Notes under the pieces: generated by a model
Databases searched by the model: none
Seen by the model: only the letters and a program-made list of their open reading frames with translations
What the model was told of the DNA's origin: nothing
NCBI GenBank assembly: GCA_001687465.1
Contig: LVLI01001242.1
Location: 1-32,061 of the forward strand
Reading direction: 5' to 3'
DNA: 32,061 nucleotides
DNA from: Halocafeteria seosinensis
Lineage: Eukaryota
Made by a program: the position numbers and the translations under genes
Shown here: in pieces, positions 1 through 11,525 of the stretch
Layout: each line of letters starts with the position of its first letter
Position numbering within the stretch: position 1 is the first letter of the stretch

Positions 1-273
1 AAGTGTTGTTCCCGACGCAACAGTTGTGACCAATGACAAGCCTCCACCTGACGCGGGAGGGGGCTCCCCAGAAATTCCGTCCACCTCATTTTCGTCATCA
101 TAGCCCAGATTAAAGTACATCTCCTGCTCGAGATCGAAGAAGGTGCAGCTACCCAGGTCTTTCTGAAGCCATGATGCCGGTTCCCACGTCCGTGCAGCCT
201 CTGGGTAGCCCTTCCAGTGGACGAGGATCCGCTTGTCGTGGAGCCTGAAGTCGATAAACTTTTCGACTTCGTC
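1..273 (-). CDS. Chromodomain-containing protein, partial (runs off the window start; 5' end unresolved)
   Basis: Not in the ORF track. Manual minus-strand translation from 273 gives DEVEKFIDFRLHDKRILVHWKGYPEAARTWEPASWLQKDL..., matching the chromodomain pattern (VEK...LV.WKGY....TWEP). The frame is open to base 1. An in-frame TAG at 312-310 implies an upstream exon or a relic. Confidence 0.7.
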
Positions 274-705
274 TACCGTGTGCGTAGCTCTAGGCGGCCG
301 GCCAGTCCACTAAGGATGGGAGTCCAGCTGCAGCTGGGAATGCTTTGGGGAAGGTATAGCAAATACAAATATAATTGGTACTGTAACGATCGCACGTATA
401 CTCTACTAAGCGTGTCCACTCTTTGCAGGAGTATCCGAGGATTCCTTATAACATTACCTTGTGGGGATGGCTGTTTCCAGCAATCCCAACGGGATCCGCC
501 GACACTGAACTTCACAGTCAGTAAAACAACGTTCTCTAAGTACACATGCAGCGTACTCTATAAAGTGTTGACCGATTGAGTGTGATGATGCATTCCGAAG
601 TTTCGCCTGTGTAGGCCACCTTCGTGTGGGATAACTCATACAAGCAGAAGCAGCAGCAGCAAGCCTGTTCCCGGAGGAGAGTCACACATATAGCACATCG
701 GCATA

Positions 706-1646
706 ATGGCCTCTTCCTCTTTTGAATTAAGTACCGTAAGGTTTTCTCTGGCTTCATATCGACTGCATGCCTGTTTTAGCAAGTGAGTGGTGCTATGCAG
801 ATCCGTATTTCGGTTAGCTTAGCCCCGGCATACATTGGCCGAGTGCGGCTAGGGGTGGAGGAAGTCCTCCATGAGTACTTGATGAAGTATGTACCTTCCT
901 AATGACATGCGCCAATTAAGGGCGAGAGAATTGATTGAATGGGTGCGGATGCAGATATAGGAGCGACATTGATGGAGTCATGCTCACATACCATGGCTTC
1001 AAACTACCCCGAGGCTACGACTCTGCGACTGTGATGGAAAACTCGCCATTCTTCCATTTCAAAGTAGATGTCAAAGTAAGGGCAAAATATTTAAATTATT
1101 GAGTTTATACAGATCGTACACTGAGCGAGATTTTATTGCATCGCCTAGCAGTCCTTGCTGTTTCGACCCCGCATCGGATCCATCTTGACAGGAGTTGTCA
1201 ACAAATGCAGCTCAGCGCATGTAGGGATGCTGGTGTGTGGACTCTTTAATGCATCGATACATGCAGAGTGTTTCAAAGATACACACCAGTTTGATAGTGC
1301 AACTCAGTCGTGGAAACCTTTAGATACCGATGGCCAGACGATCGCTGTGAATAGTCAAGTGTCCTTCAAGGTGACTGAGCTGCACACCTCTAGCGGTATT
1401 ATCGCACTGCAAGGTATTCCAGCAACCGAAGCTAGCGAGCGAGAGCAGGAACGTCTTGATAAAGGAAAGGAACAAAGTAAAAAACACAAAAAGAATGTGG
1501 GTAAAAAAAGATCGCGGGAGAGTGAAGGTCCTCAAGAGGATGAGGAAGGAGAGTCTATGACAACACCAAAGGAGGAAAAACGCCACAAGAAGGATAAGAA
1601 ACACAGCAAGAGTCACAAGAAGAAAAAGTCTAAAGTGAAAGAATGA
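706..1646 (+). CDS. RPA43: DNA-directed RNA polymerase I subunit RPA43 (Rpb7-like, SHS2+OB fold); 4 exons 706-735, 801-886, 955-1075, 1152-1646
   Basis: Splicing three GT-AG introns (65, 68, 76 nt) keeps frame: MASSSFELST-IRISVSLAPAYIG...LMKYRSDIDGVMLTY...ENSPFFHFKVDVK-SLLFRPRIGSILTGVVNKCSSAHVGMLVCGLFNASI. The protein ends in the Lys-rich tail typical of RPA43. Confidence 0.9.
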
Positions 1647-2184
1647 AGTTTAGCTGCGAGAATAGTGCAAATCTGGATGGTGTTTAGAAACAAGCAGCCG
1701 TTGCAGAAACTGTATACCGAGATTCCCAATCTGGAATCCGAATCACATACCTAGGTACACTTCAATCTAATTCGAGTGCATGTTTCTGTCGCAGTAAAAT
1801 GTAGCAGGATGAGCAGTGCTATGCTACAATTGTAACAGATGTTAGTGTTCGTTTCCCGCCGGGTCGGTGTTTCACACTGACGTACAGTGGCTGAAAGCAC
1901 ACTACGTCCAAGTTATTATAAGGCCCCGAAGGAGACTTGGAAGCGGATTCGAGACTCCATGTCTCTGCGACTGTACGATTCAGCAAGACGAGTAGAACGT
2001 CCTCGAACATGGATTTAACATCCACAGTCTTGGAAAGCAATGGTTTACTGCCCTCTATGAACACTATTTAACAGAATAGTGACAATTTTTGCTGAACAGT
2101 GTAATAGCACAGAATTTTTTTCCCGAATACCGCTGTAGGGTAGTGTAATCGTATGACCACTTTCCGCTTCCTTTTGTAACCATA

Positions 2185-2209
2185 TATGGTATGGTATGGT
2201 ATGGTATGG
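2185..2209. repeat. (TATGG)5 microsatellite
   Basis: Five perfect copies read directly in intergenic sequence. Confidence 0.95.
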
Positions 2210-2401
2210 TTCAGTTGACTCCCGGCGGCGGGGTAATCTATTCGTTAGTCTATTCTGTAACTTCGCGCGTGTATTGTAGGCATGGTATTTCCTCTCCCCT
2301 TCCTGCACATACACTCTGACTGAGAGTGTAGAGTACCGTATATGTGGTAAGCAATACGGAGGGATCGGTCAGAGTGCGAGACCAGCAGGGTCGCTTGTGT
2401 T

Positions 2402-3882
2402 ATGCAGAGCTCCCGTCGGGAGATGCATCCCTACCGAACTCTGTCCACGGAATTGCAAAGGTCGGGCAACCTCACCATAATGAACGGCAGCTCGGGACGT
2501 CGTTGGTGCTGTGAGAGGAGGAATCAGCTCGACCAAGAAGCGAGTCGAGGTGCCGGATGCTGCACTCCAAAGTTCGCAATGAAGCATTCAGTACGTTCAT
2601 CGACGGTATTGTTTCCGGCTAGTATGGTTCACGGCGGCCACACGTGCATGCAGATACACATTGGGTTCTTGGGACCGATCCAACAGATCATCTTCTGCTT
2701 CGTGGCGGCAGCCGGTAAGTGGTGGTGAACTCGAATTGACTTGTGCACCACTTAGTGTGTATGAATGGAATGCGGACGGGCAGTGGTGATTACCGGGTAT
2801 ACTTGGAATGGAATTCGGTTTGATAACAGCAATCTGCGATGGGGTTGGATGATGAACTATTTGACCCTGTGGAATGAACTGATGCAAGCACTCTACTGGA
2901 GCTATTCACTTGTCGTAGCTTGCTTCATCTACAAGGATATGAAGGTGACTGAAGGAGACACATTTGACCAGCATGTATCACCGTCAAGGTCCTCAGCCAA
3001 TAAGGCACTTGGAGTGAACGAGCATGACTTCATCGATGAAGATGCAATCCGCGGCAGCGAACATGTGTCGGAAATGCAGGACTACCAGACACGAGCAGCG
3101 TTTGCATCGTTCGGGCGAGAAACATCCCATGACGCGCAATCGGAAGGAAGCGTTGCCAAGACGCTCATACCTGGATCCAGTAGGGAAAATAAATGCAAGG
3201 CTGCCTGTGCACGGATATGGTGCTCGACATGTGCCTTGTGGCCTCACGGAAACTGCTTAACAGACTCGTCCTTTCGACAGTTTAAGAGGCGCCGGATTGG
3301 ACCAACCACCGCCTCCTTAATGGTGCATAGAGACAGGTGGTTTACTTTGGTATCTACTATGGGTAGCTTTGTCGCCATTATATACTGGGTAGCACTGTTC
3401 CCCCATAAAGACCCCCCTAATTTTATGACCCATGGCAGGATTATCAGCGATTCACTTACTCTGCTGCATCATGGATTTACTGCTCTAGTAGCCTGGATCG
3501 ACATATTTTGTATAAGACATCGATACCCTGAGCAGCCTCTGTGGACACTTCTTCTTAGCCTAGGCTTTGGTGCGGCTTATCTGGGCTGGAACATGTAAGC
3601 AACCGTCGCTCAGCTAAACCTCGCCACATGGCATTATGTATCCTTTTAGTTTGCAGATTGTGTCATCACTTTAATCAGCATTGGACATACTCTACTTTAC
3701 AAGGCGGCCTCTCTATCGGTCAAGCCATAGGTCTCTACGCTGGTCTATTTCTTGTACTGTTCATTTTGCATATTGCTGTATACTTTATTGTATGCTCTTA
3801 CTGGAGGAAAATTTCTTCATTGACTGCGGTTGAATTTCAGCGACAAAAGTTCCTCAAACTCAGTAATGAGCGAAATTCATAG
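2402..3882 (+). CDS. FAR-17a/AIG1/ADTRP-family multi-pass membrane protein (putative Thr-His lipid hydrolase); start uncertain (2402, 2480 or 2579)
   Basis: Introns at ~2591-2653, 2715-2783 and 3595-3656 join the ORF-track pieces in frame. Motifs: NYLTLWNELMQ (catalytic Thr motif), LLHHGFTALVAWID (His motif) and AYLGWN..C...NQHWTY, plus several hydrophobic segments. Confidence 0.75.
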
Positions 3883-4282
3883 CAGGACTGTTTCTTGCAA
3901 GGAAATGTTTACGCACAGCAGGGGACTACATTTGGTGAGATAGACAAACACACATCCAAGGACGCTGTATTTAAAAGAGCCACAACCTAGTGACCATAGA
4001 CATTTACAAAAGACCAGCTTCGTGACAAGACATGAAACGAGCGACTGCTTCGTTGTCCTGGGCAGTAGAAGACTGTAAACGTAGTACAGCATATACACGA
4101 GGAAAACCTAATGTCTTATTCCAATAATGCCCACAATTTCGTGGCGCCATAGTATCCAGCCGCATTCATTTCAAGCTTTTGCCCATATACCATAAAGTTT
4201 GAAGTTTACAATATACATATAAAGCACGACGTTGTCGCTACTACATTAGTCATAGACAGCGTTGTAAGGCCTGTCAGTGACC

Positions 4283-5871
4283 TTAAACAGCGGGGTTCAT
4301 CAATTTCTTGAACTCGTCATACATTACGAGCACGATAGCTCCACCTGTTCCACGTAAAATGTTGGAGAATGCACCTTTGAAAAAGGCTGAGGGACCTTCA
4401 TTCTTCAAGAGTTTGACGAAGCAGTCCAACGTATTCTTGTACTGCCTTCCTTCCTTCTCTTGACCAGACATCATCATCATACGACGACGTACCGTGTCGA
4501 ACGGGTACGAAATTACACCAGAGACACTGGTGACGGCCTGTGCAACAGCCCATGAGGCAAATACGTTAGCCTTCTTCGGGTCTTCAAAGATCAATCCTTT
4601 GGCGGTATCGTAACCACCGAAGAATGCGGCACGGTAGACAATAATACCGCCTAGGGAAACACCAAACCCTTGGTAGAGACCGCTGATACCGTCGGTTTTG
4701 GCAATTTTCTTGATACAGTCGGTTAACCCGCTGAATTCACGGGAAGCAGCGTCTTTTCCTACATCGGCACCGAGACGAGTTCTGGCAAAGTCAAGAGGGT
4801 ACACAAAGAGGAGAGAAGTACCACCAGCGGCACCGCCAGACAACAAGTTGCCGAAGAAGAATCTCCATTGTTGAGTTTTGCTGTCGACTCCTCCGAGAAA
4901 GATTCGCTTGTACGAATCCTTGAAGGCGAAGTTTAAGGCCTGGGTCGGGAAGTACCGGATAACGTTAGCGGTGTTTCCTCTCCAGAAAGATAGGAACCCT
5001 TGTTGCTGAGGAACCTTCTTGATGCAATCCATAATACCTGTGTAGCGTTCAGATTCCGGGATATTCTTGTTTGATGCTTGTACTTGCAGCAACAATTTAA
5101 TGCGCTCAATGGGGGCCACTACGGTTTTGGAAATACCTCCAGCGATACCGCCAGCAGCCAAATCCTGCAGTCAGTCAAATCAAATAAAATGTAAGGTCAA
5201 AATGAGAACGAGCCAAAGAGGAGAAAGGTTTAACGATAATACGGACTAGGAGTCACACTCCTTTCCGGGACATAAGCCTCCATCACTCAGATGCGAGCAA
5301 ACGAACTAGGTTCAACCAGTCTTTGGCGTATTGCAGACAAGGGCAAGAAGCATAACTTCCTTGTCATGAGCAAAGGGAGGAGAATACGACGGTCGGAACC
5401 GGATTTTTTGACCCCGTTTTTCCCGCCGGGAAACTAAATCCTCTTTTTCGTGCTATACACGCCTATCAACAGTACCGTGTTTCCATTCCAAAGACAAACC
5501 ACAGTTCCAGCTTCCCAATCATGGGATGGGTCTTGAAAACAGAGCACTCTAGTGCATCCAATTTTTGAGACTTGTGTCCGCAGGAGGTGGGATATGACAT
5601 GGCGTCACGGGATCAGCTCCTAGGGAGCCTCAAGGGGGACAAAAAACAACAAAAAGACTAGGGGTGTGGGTTCAAGCTGGTGGTTTTCACAGCGCTTCCC
5701 TGCCCTTCATACACACCATCAGTCTTTTGTCTCTTTGATCGCCATACCAATAGATCGGTTCGAGTGGGATTAGACCCCGGAATCCGCTTATGAGGGATGC
5801 ACGAGAATGTATTTTCCGGGAAGTCTTACCTTGAGGAAGTTGGCGACGTTGAATTGCTTTCCGTCAGACAT
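4283..5871 (-). CDS. ANT: Mitochondrial ADP/ATP carrier (SLC25 family); exons 5871-5830 and 5164-4283
   Basis: Contains the signature RRRMMM, plus [23 protein letters not shown] and [10 protein letters not shown]. Exon 1 ([14 protein letters not shown], then GTAAGA) splices in phase 0 to [16 protein letters not shown] across a 665-nt intron. Confidence 0.97.
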
Positions 5872-6122
5872 GATTGATGCTTAGTGAATATTGTAACTAC
5901 ACTCCACAAATAAATGAAGATATATGTGCTTGTTGGATTGCGGACAGGACACAGACTCGACAACAGACCAAAGCAAATCGTTTTCTATCAACTGGCTTCC
6001 TCGTTGACCTGCTGCACCTACGACGCCAAAATCCCGTCTTCGCAGGAAACACGACAATCTTTCCTACTATCTGTAACTTCAAGTTGTCTTGCTTCTCAAA
6101 GCTCATCCGGGGGTGTGTTTGG

Positions 6123-6350
6123 TCAAAGGAGCGGTGGCATCAACGTGACTGACAATTTGGCCATCATCAGCTTGCGAAGGTTCCCAATCTCCCTTGTTCC
6201 CCAGCGGGAGCCCGGTGGTTTCCTGGCAATTCTCTTGAGGTGGTACTCGATCGCGTCTTTCCCGAAGCCGCCGGTCGTCTCGATCGCGAACAGGATAATT
6301 TCCGTGTGGTGGACCTCAGGTGTCCGTACTTTGTCCGCTTCTGCCGCGAT
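6123..6350 (-). mobile_element. Relic of an RLE-type (CRE/NeSL-like) non-LTR retrotransposon C-terminus, frameshifted
   Basis: One frame reads QKRTKYGHL (KxxKY motif, ~6343-6317). An adjacent frame continues IILFAIETTGGFGKDAIEYHLKRIA...LRKLMMAKLSVTL, matching the F..ET.G..G..A...L and ..LSV.L pattern at the end of restriction-like endonuclease domains. Confidence 0.65.
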
Positions 6351-6988
6351 GGTGTGGTGTTGAGCTGCTTTTGGCACTGACAGCACTGTATTGTATTGTG
6401 CCTGGCACCTGCACATGGCAGTTGAAGTGTTAGAAGTGCGTAGGGCTTAAGCGGCAGTACCAGGTAGGTATATCTGTGATAAATGTTGTATGCAATATCA
6501 CAACTTGTTTAATGTTACCATGGTACTGCCTATATACATTCGAGCATCAGACAATCCAAAGTTTGTCTCCGGTTCTGCACTGCAGGCGTGCTCTGTTTTG
6601 CCACTATAGGTCGTTCCCACAAGGCATACGCTTATCTTCAGACATGCGAAAGCACTTGAGTACACAGGACTACTCCTGCTTCGTTTGTATCGGGCCCATG
6701 ACCTTGTTGACAAAGTCGCAGAACGATTTTTCATCAATATACGCAGGTCGTTGTTGGCAAAGCATGTAAAACGTCACTCGAACTTCAGCGGATCCAGGGA
6801 GAGGGAAAATAGTGTCCAATGTTGGTGCCAATGTTTGTGGTAAGCTCCCAACCAAACCCAATCCTTCCTGCGCTATTTGAAACAAGGTAGTATGCCGAGC
6901 GGCACTACGGATTGGCACAATCTGGGTACATACTTCGCTCAGTGCTTCGCCACATGCTTCCAACGACGGTTCAATTTGACAGGTGGCC

Positions 6989-7058
6989 GACGATTGCTGT
7001 GTGCACATACGAGAGGGAATATCAGACGATTGCTGTGTGCACATACGAGAGGGAATAT
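6989..7058. repeat. Tandem duplication, 34-bp identical units with 36-bp period
   Basis: GACGATTGCTGTGTGCACATACGAGAGGGAATAT at 6989-7022 and 7025-7058. Confidence 0.95.
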
Positions 7059-7319
7059 TGAGCACTTCACCTCGCTGCATATTTCAAATAGAAGTACCTC
7101 GCTGGCACGATGTCCTCGATCTTCCACATCAGCCATCTGTCCCTCTTGGGAATTCTGTTCAGCTGAACCGTGGTGTGCACTTGAAACAAACTTCCTCTCT
7201 CTGTTACTCTCTTCTCTTATATTAGCAGTCATGCAGGAGCAAGCACCAGGACAAAGGCAACCTAGGTCTCACTTCGCGGCGAAGTTTTGCTCCCAATTTC
7301 ACCGTTGGCGAACTGGCGG

Positions 7320-7528
7320 GACCATTCACAGCGATGGTCTGGCCAGTGGTATCAAACGGTTTTCGCCACTGAGTTGCACGATCAAACTGGTGCGTATCTT
7401 TGAAACACTCAGCATGTATCGATGCATTAAAGCGTCCGTACATCAGCGCTGAGCTACATCTGTTGACAACCCATGCGTCAAGCTAGATCCGAAGCGCGGT
7501 CAAAATAGCAAGGACTGCTAGGATTGCA
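7320..7528 (-). pseudogene. Inverted, degraded partial copy of RPA43 (end of intron 3 plus start of exon 4)
   Basis: Aligns by eye to ~1137-1357 (FNASIHAECFKDTHQFDxATQ..KP.DT.GQTIAVN). It keeps the intronic CCTAGCAG acceptor, and has a CGA>TGA stop and a small deletion. Confidence 0.9.
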
Positions 7529-7559
7529 GGTGCAGGTGCACAACCGAAGAAACAGCAGG

Positions 7560-10500
7560 TTATTCATCATAGCTTGTGCGTGTAGTGATAGAAACATTGA
7601 GATATTCTTGAGGAGAATAGCAGGCCGATGGGAGATCCCCTTCGTACGCAGTTCTGTCATGCCATCGCAGTTGCTCGACAGATTTCTTAATGTCAGACGC
7701 GGGATCATTTCCGCTGCTACGGCGGCGGTCTGAGGCTCCATAATATTGCATCTCTGGAGACTTCTTGCTTCGATGGTTTCTTCCTTGTGAATCCCCGTTG
7801 CCAGAAGAAACGTTATCGCTCAAGGACGACGCTGTAAAGAATGTTTCTGGAGACGAGTTGTCCGCTGTTACAATGTAACTCTTTGCTGGAGTGGGGCCAG
7901 AAGAGGATTCACGGGTAAAGGGTACCTCCGGGTCAGAGTACTTCGAGTATGCGTGAGTGCCCCGGGTGGACACCGGCACTCGGTCGGAATGGAGCCTATA
8001 TCGCCGGGAGACTGGAGCGTGCATTTCCGATGAATGTTCGCTTCCAGTAGGCGGTATTATTGTCGTTCGCCCTTGGTCTTCTTCTCGCCTAATACATTCT
8101 AAATCCTTGCGTTCCACATCGACCGGGGATGAGGTACTCGGCTTTTCGGCTGCATCGGGAGAGTTATCGGATTGCGACAGACGCTGATAGCTGATGCGAG
8201 GGTGTGTTCGCTCACCTTCTCCCTTCTTCGAAACATCTCTGGACGCAGTCTCTTCCGTGATAGCCGTCTTAGTTGCACCGTAACGCGTTGTTACATACTC
8301 AGAATTAACTATTTCCGAACAATTTTGCGAAACGTTTTGATGCGCACCGCGCGTGGGGCTACTCCTGGCTGTTTTGGTAACATAGTCAGCGATCCCAGCG
8401 CTATGAGTTGAGAGGCGCAAGTACCCCTCAGCAAGAGCGTTAGAATGGCCTCCTATGCTGCTCTCGTCCGAGCTGCTCTCCGTGAACGATTCATCGGTTT
8501 TGAAAGAGACGTTATGTCGAGCCTTCAGCCCCGTGTGCGTAGGGGCGGTTAAGGCTTTAGCATCTCTCTGACTTCGGACAACCGGACGGTGGTACTGGTT
8601 AGCCAGAGTTTCTCCACTGGCCTGAGAATATTCGCCCGAGAGCTCGTTATCAGGATTACCCTGGGGTGTCCGTTCCTTGTCATGATGTAAGATTGAACTT
8701 CGTTCAGCATCACGCCCTTCGATGAAAAGAGCAAGGCCACTATCTCTGTCGGGAGACAACTTGTGACCAGAAGATCGCTTGGTAACAGGGGTGCTCCGGG
8801 GTGCTTTTTCTGATTGATGAGCATTAGCTGCTTGCTCAGTGGTATCCCGTTCAACCGCACTTCGCATCGTCTCAGAAGAGCCTCGCGGTGCTTGACGTCG
8901 TTCACGATTGCCGGTGAAGTCAGTGACCGCACATTCACCCCTCCCCACTTCGCGATCCATATCATTTCTGTCTCCATGACACTGGCGTTGCCACATGTGC
9001 TGTTGCTGCTCTGATCTGTTTGCGCCCCCAGTTGAGAGGTTCCCTCCTATTTTTATCTTACGTGGGCTTGCGGCTGAAATACTGTCCCTTGTGTTACATT
9101 GTGCGGGTGACTGTTTCTTCTCGATGGCTTTCTCGGCGTGTTGTGTAGGAGGACGAGATTTGGACGAGACGCTGGCAGTAGCTGCAGCTGGTGGGGGATG
9201 TTTACTCTCAGTGGCTTCGCCAGACGTCGAGGGTGATGCAGAATGTGGTTGTAACTCCTGGCGGTTAAATGTTTCATGCGCCACCCCGCAGGGCATAGCG
9301 AGAGTTATTTGGTCGATTTGACCTTTCAGCTCGTCTATTTGCTCTTCCAGTCCTTCCTTCATTTCCTTCATTTCGCTTCTTGAGAGCGTCTCATATCCAG
9401 TGCCGCGCGGCTCTGAAATGGCGTACTGTCTCAGTACTTCGTATTCTGATGACATTTCTTCTTGAATCCCCTTCACTTGCTGTTTCAGATCATCGAGCTC
9501 TGATCTTGGAGCCACTCTCGCGCGAAATTCATCAAACTGGGCATACAAGGCATGCAAACTACGAAGTACGATGCAATTTTTCGCAGTCAGGAGACTTACT
9601 TGATCTTTATGTACCAAGTTGTCGCGGAAGCTAGAGAGTCCATCCCTGGAAATATCGGCTAAGTCAGTTTTCCGCGTTCTGTGTCTTTCTCAGTGACAAC
9701 ACAAAGATAGAATGGTTTGGTTTGATGTAGACTGCCACCAGACTGGCTTACCGTTGCTCCAAAGAATGTTCCAGCTTTGCCAACCGAGTACCAAGCTGGT
9801 CCAATTCGGTCTTTGTGACGAAATTGCGCTGAGTTTTCGCATTCATCACAAGCAAAAGTACCAATATCCACCCATTGATAGTGAATGAACATCAAAGTTT
9901 ACTTACGTGAGAGGCATTGGATGCCTCCTGTGACGATTCTACTTGCTGTATCCGCGACTCCAAGTTTCCCAAATGTGCACTCAACGAATCAACACGAGAT
10001 CGAATTTTAGCTTTGTTTTCCTTCCCATGCAACGCCTTTGCAACAGATGCTTTGACCGCCTTCCCATTAAGCTGCTCTCTAATGTCCTCTAAATCGTCTT
10101 TCGACGCCAGTTCTTGCGTTCGCTTTTCAAGGATTTCTTCAAGCACTCGGAAATGTTCATTCCCCGAGTTCTCCAAATAAGCTTGAAAATCGTGCAACTC
10201 TGAAATCCGATTCTCCAAATAATCTAATCTCCTAGACATGGAAGATATCGAGTACTGCAGCTGCGCGCAGGAAGCTCCTACCTCCCCACTATCGCTTCTT
10301 GCCGTGTGTAGAGTTTCCACCTTCCTAAACATTGTCCTCATCATCTTCTTCAGCGATGGAAATTCCTTCTCCATCAGTTCCCGGCATTCGACAAATAGTG
10401 CTTTGGACGTACCCGCGGAGTTACGGACGTCCTCTAACCGCCTCAGTACATGCTGCGAGCTGCCTGTGCGCTGATTGAGTGAGGTAATTCGTTCTTCATT

Positions 10501-11213
10501 AGTCTGAAGTTCGTGCTCCAATTCTGCAGACGGCCGCAGAGTAGTCATATAGGCGATGTAGGGAAACGAGAAAGGCACACACGCAAAAGCGAAATTCTGC
10601 AAGACATGACGAACCTTCGACCCGGCGCGCTAGTTTCATAAGATGGTCATCATTGCGGAAAAGGTGTTTTGAAGTTTCCTGCAACAGCTGCGAGACCTCC
10701 CATTGTTGGCCCTCAACGTCAAAGACAGTGTTTCCTCCGATCGAGTGAGCACCCTGAGCCAGTGAACCCAACGTTTGCTCTTGGTTGTGTTGCCTGGATT
10801 CCAAGACATGCAGTTTATCCCATAATTTGAATTGGGACGTCTGCTGAGCTTCCAACGCTTGCAATATTTCTTTGAAAGTGAATCTCACGACACTCTGCAC
10901 GACAATGGATACATACAACCAACTATTACATTGTAGTAAACCTGATACCCTCGGGGATGTCTTTGTTTTTGGTACTCACTTGTATATTGATCCAGTCCTG
11001 GGTGCCTTGGAGTAGATCCCGCTGATCCTCTCGAGGCCAATATTGACCACCCCTTTTGCTTTGCGCAGGGGTGGACATCATTAACTGGCGCTCCTGTGCA
11101 TCCTCACGTGTCTCTTCCCCTTCTCCTGTCCGGCCATGTTCGACTGTCGTATCGTTATCATTGTCGTGCGAGGTGGATAGCTCAGTTTCCGGCCTGCGAC
11201 GGCGTCTTTCCAT
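7560..11213 (-). CDS. Large hypothetical protein, N-terminal coiled-coil and long Ser-rich disordered C-terminus; exons ~11213-10980, 10895-10616, 10524-9907, 9828-9752, 9630-7560
   Basis: Four ORF-track segments plus one small exon (RNFVTKTELDQLGTRLAKLEHSLEQR) join through GT-AG introns with consistent phase. Heptad-like Leu/Glu-rich stretches are present. Confidence 0.75.
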
Positions 11214-11525
11214 CTCATTCGCCCACCGACGTTGTCATGTGCCGATTGTAGACAGACCTATTGGGTTGTAAGGAGCGTGCAGGTACGTTTTCGTACAATA
11301 CAATCCAGATACAAATACTGCGTGCGTAAAATCAGTGTTGCTTAAAAGCCATTGTCTTGGCTGTGAAGCTGCCAGGACCATCTAGACCGAGGATTTTATA
11401 GAGTAAGTGTTGTACAAGTACAGTACAGAAGGAACCCGACGACTATTTTTTTTTGGGGGTTCTCAGTTCCTTCTTTTACCGAGTGCAGTATATGTATGTG
11501 CGTAGGGTAGAGTACAAGGAACAAG

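Noticed and set aside
5200..5367. Nearby ATGs as the ANT start
   Set aside because: They give no carrier-like N-terminus with a good donor site, whereas 5871-5830 gives [14 protein letters not shown] plus GTAAGA in the right phase.
6620..6760. EF-hand-like relic (YIDEKSFCDFVNKVMG...VLKCFRM)
   Set aside because: Ca-binding loop residues are missing and there is an in-frame stop; similarity too weak to call.
6989..7058. 36-bp-period repeat as a CRISPR repeat
   Set aside because: Only two copies separated by 2 bp; a simple tandem duplication.
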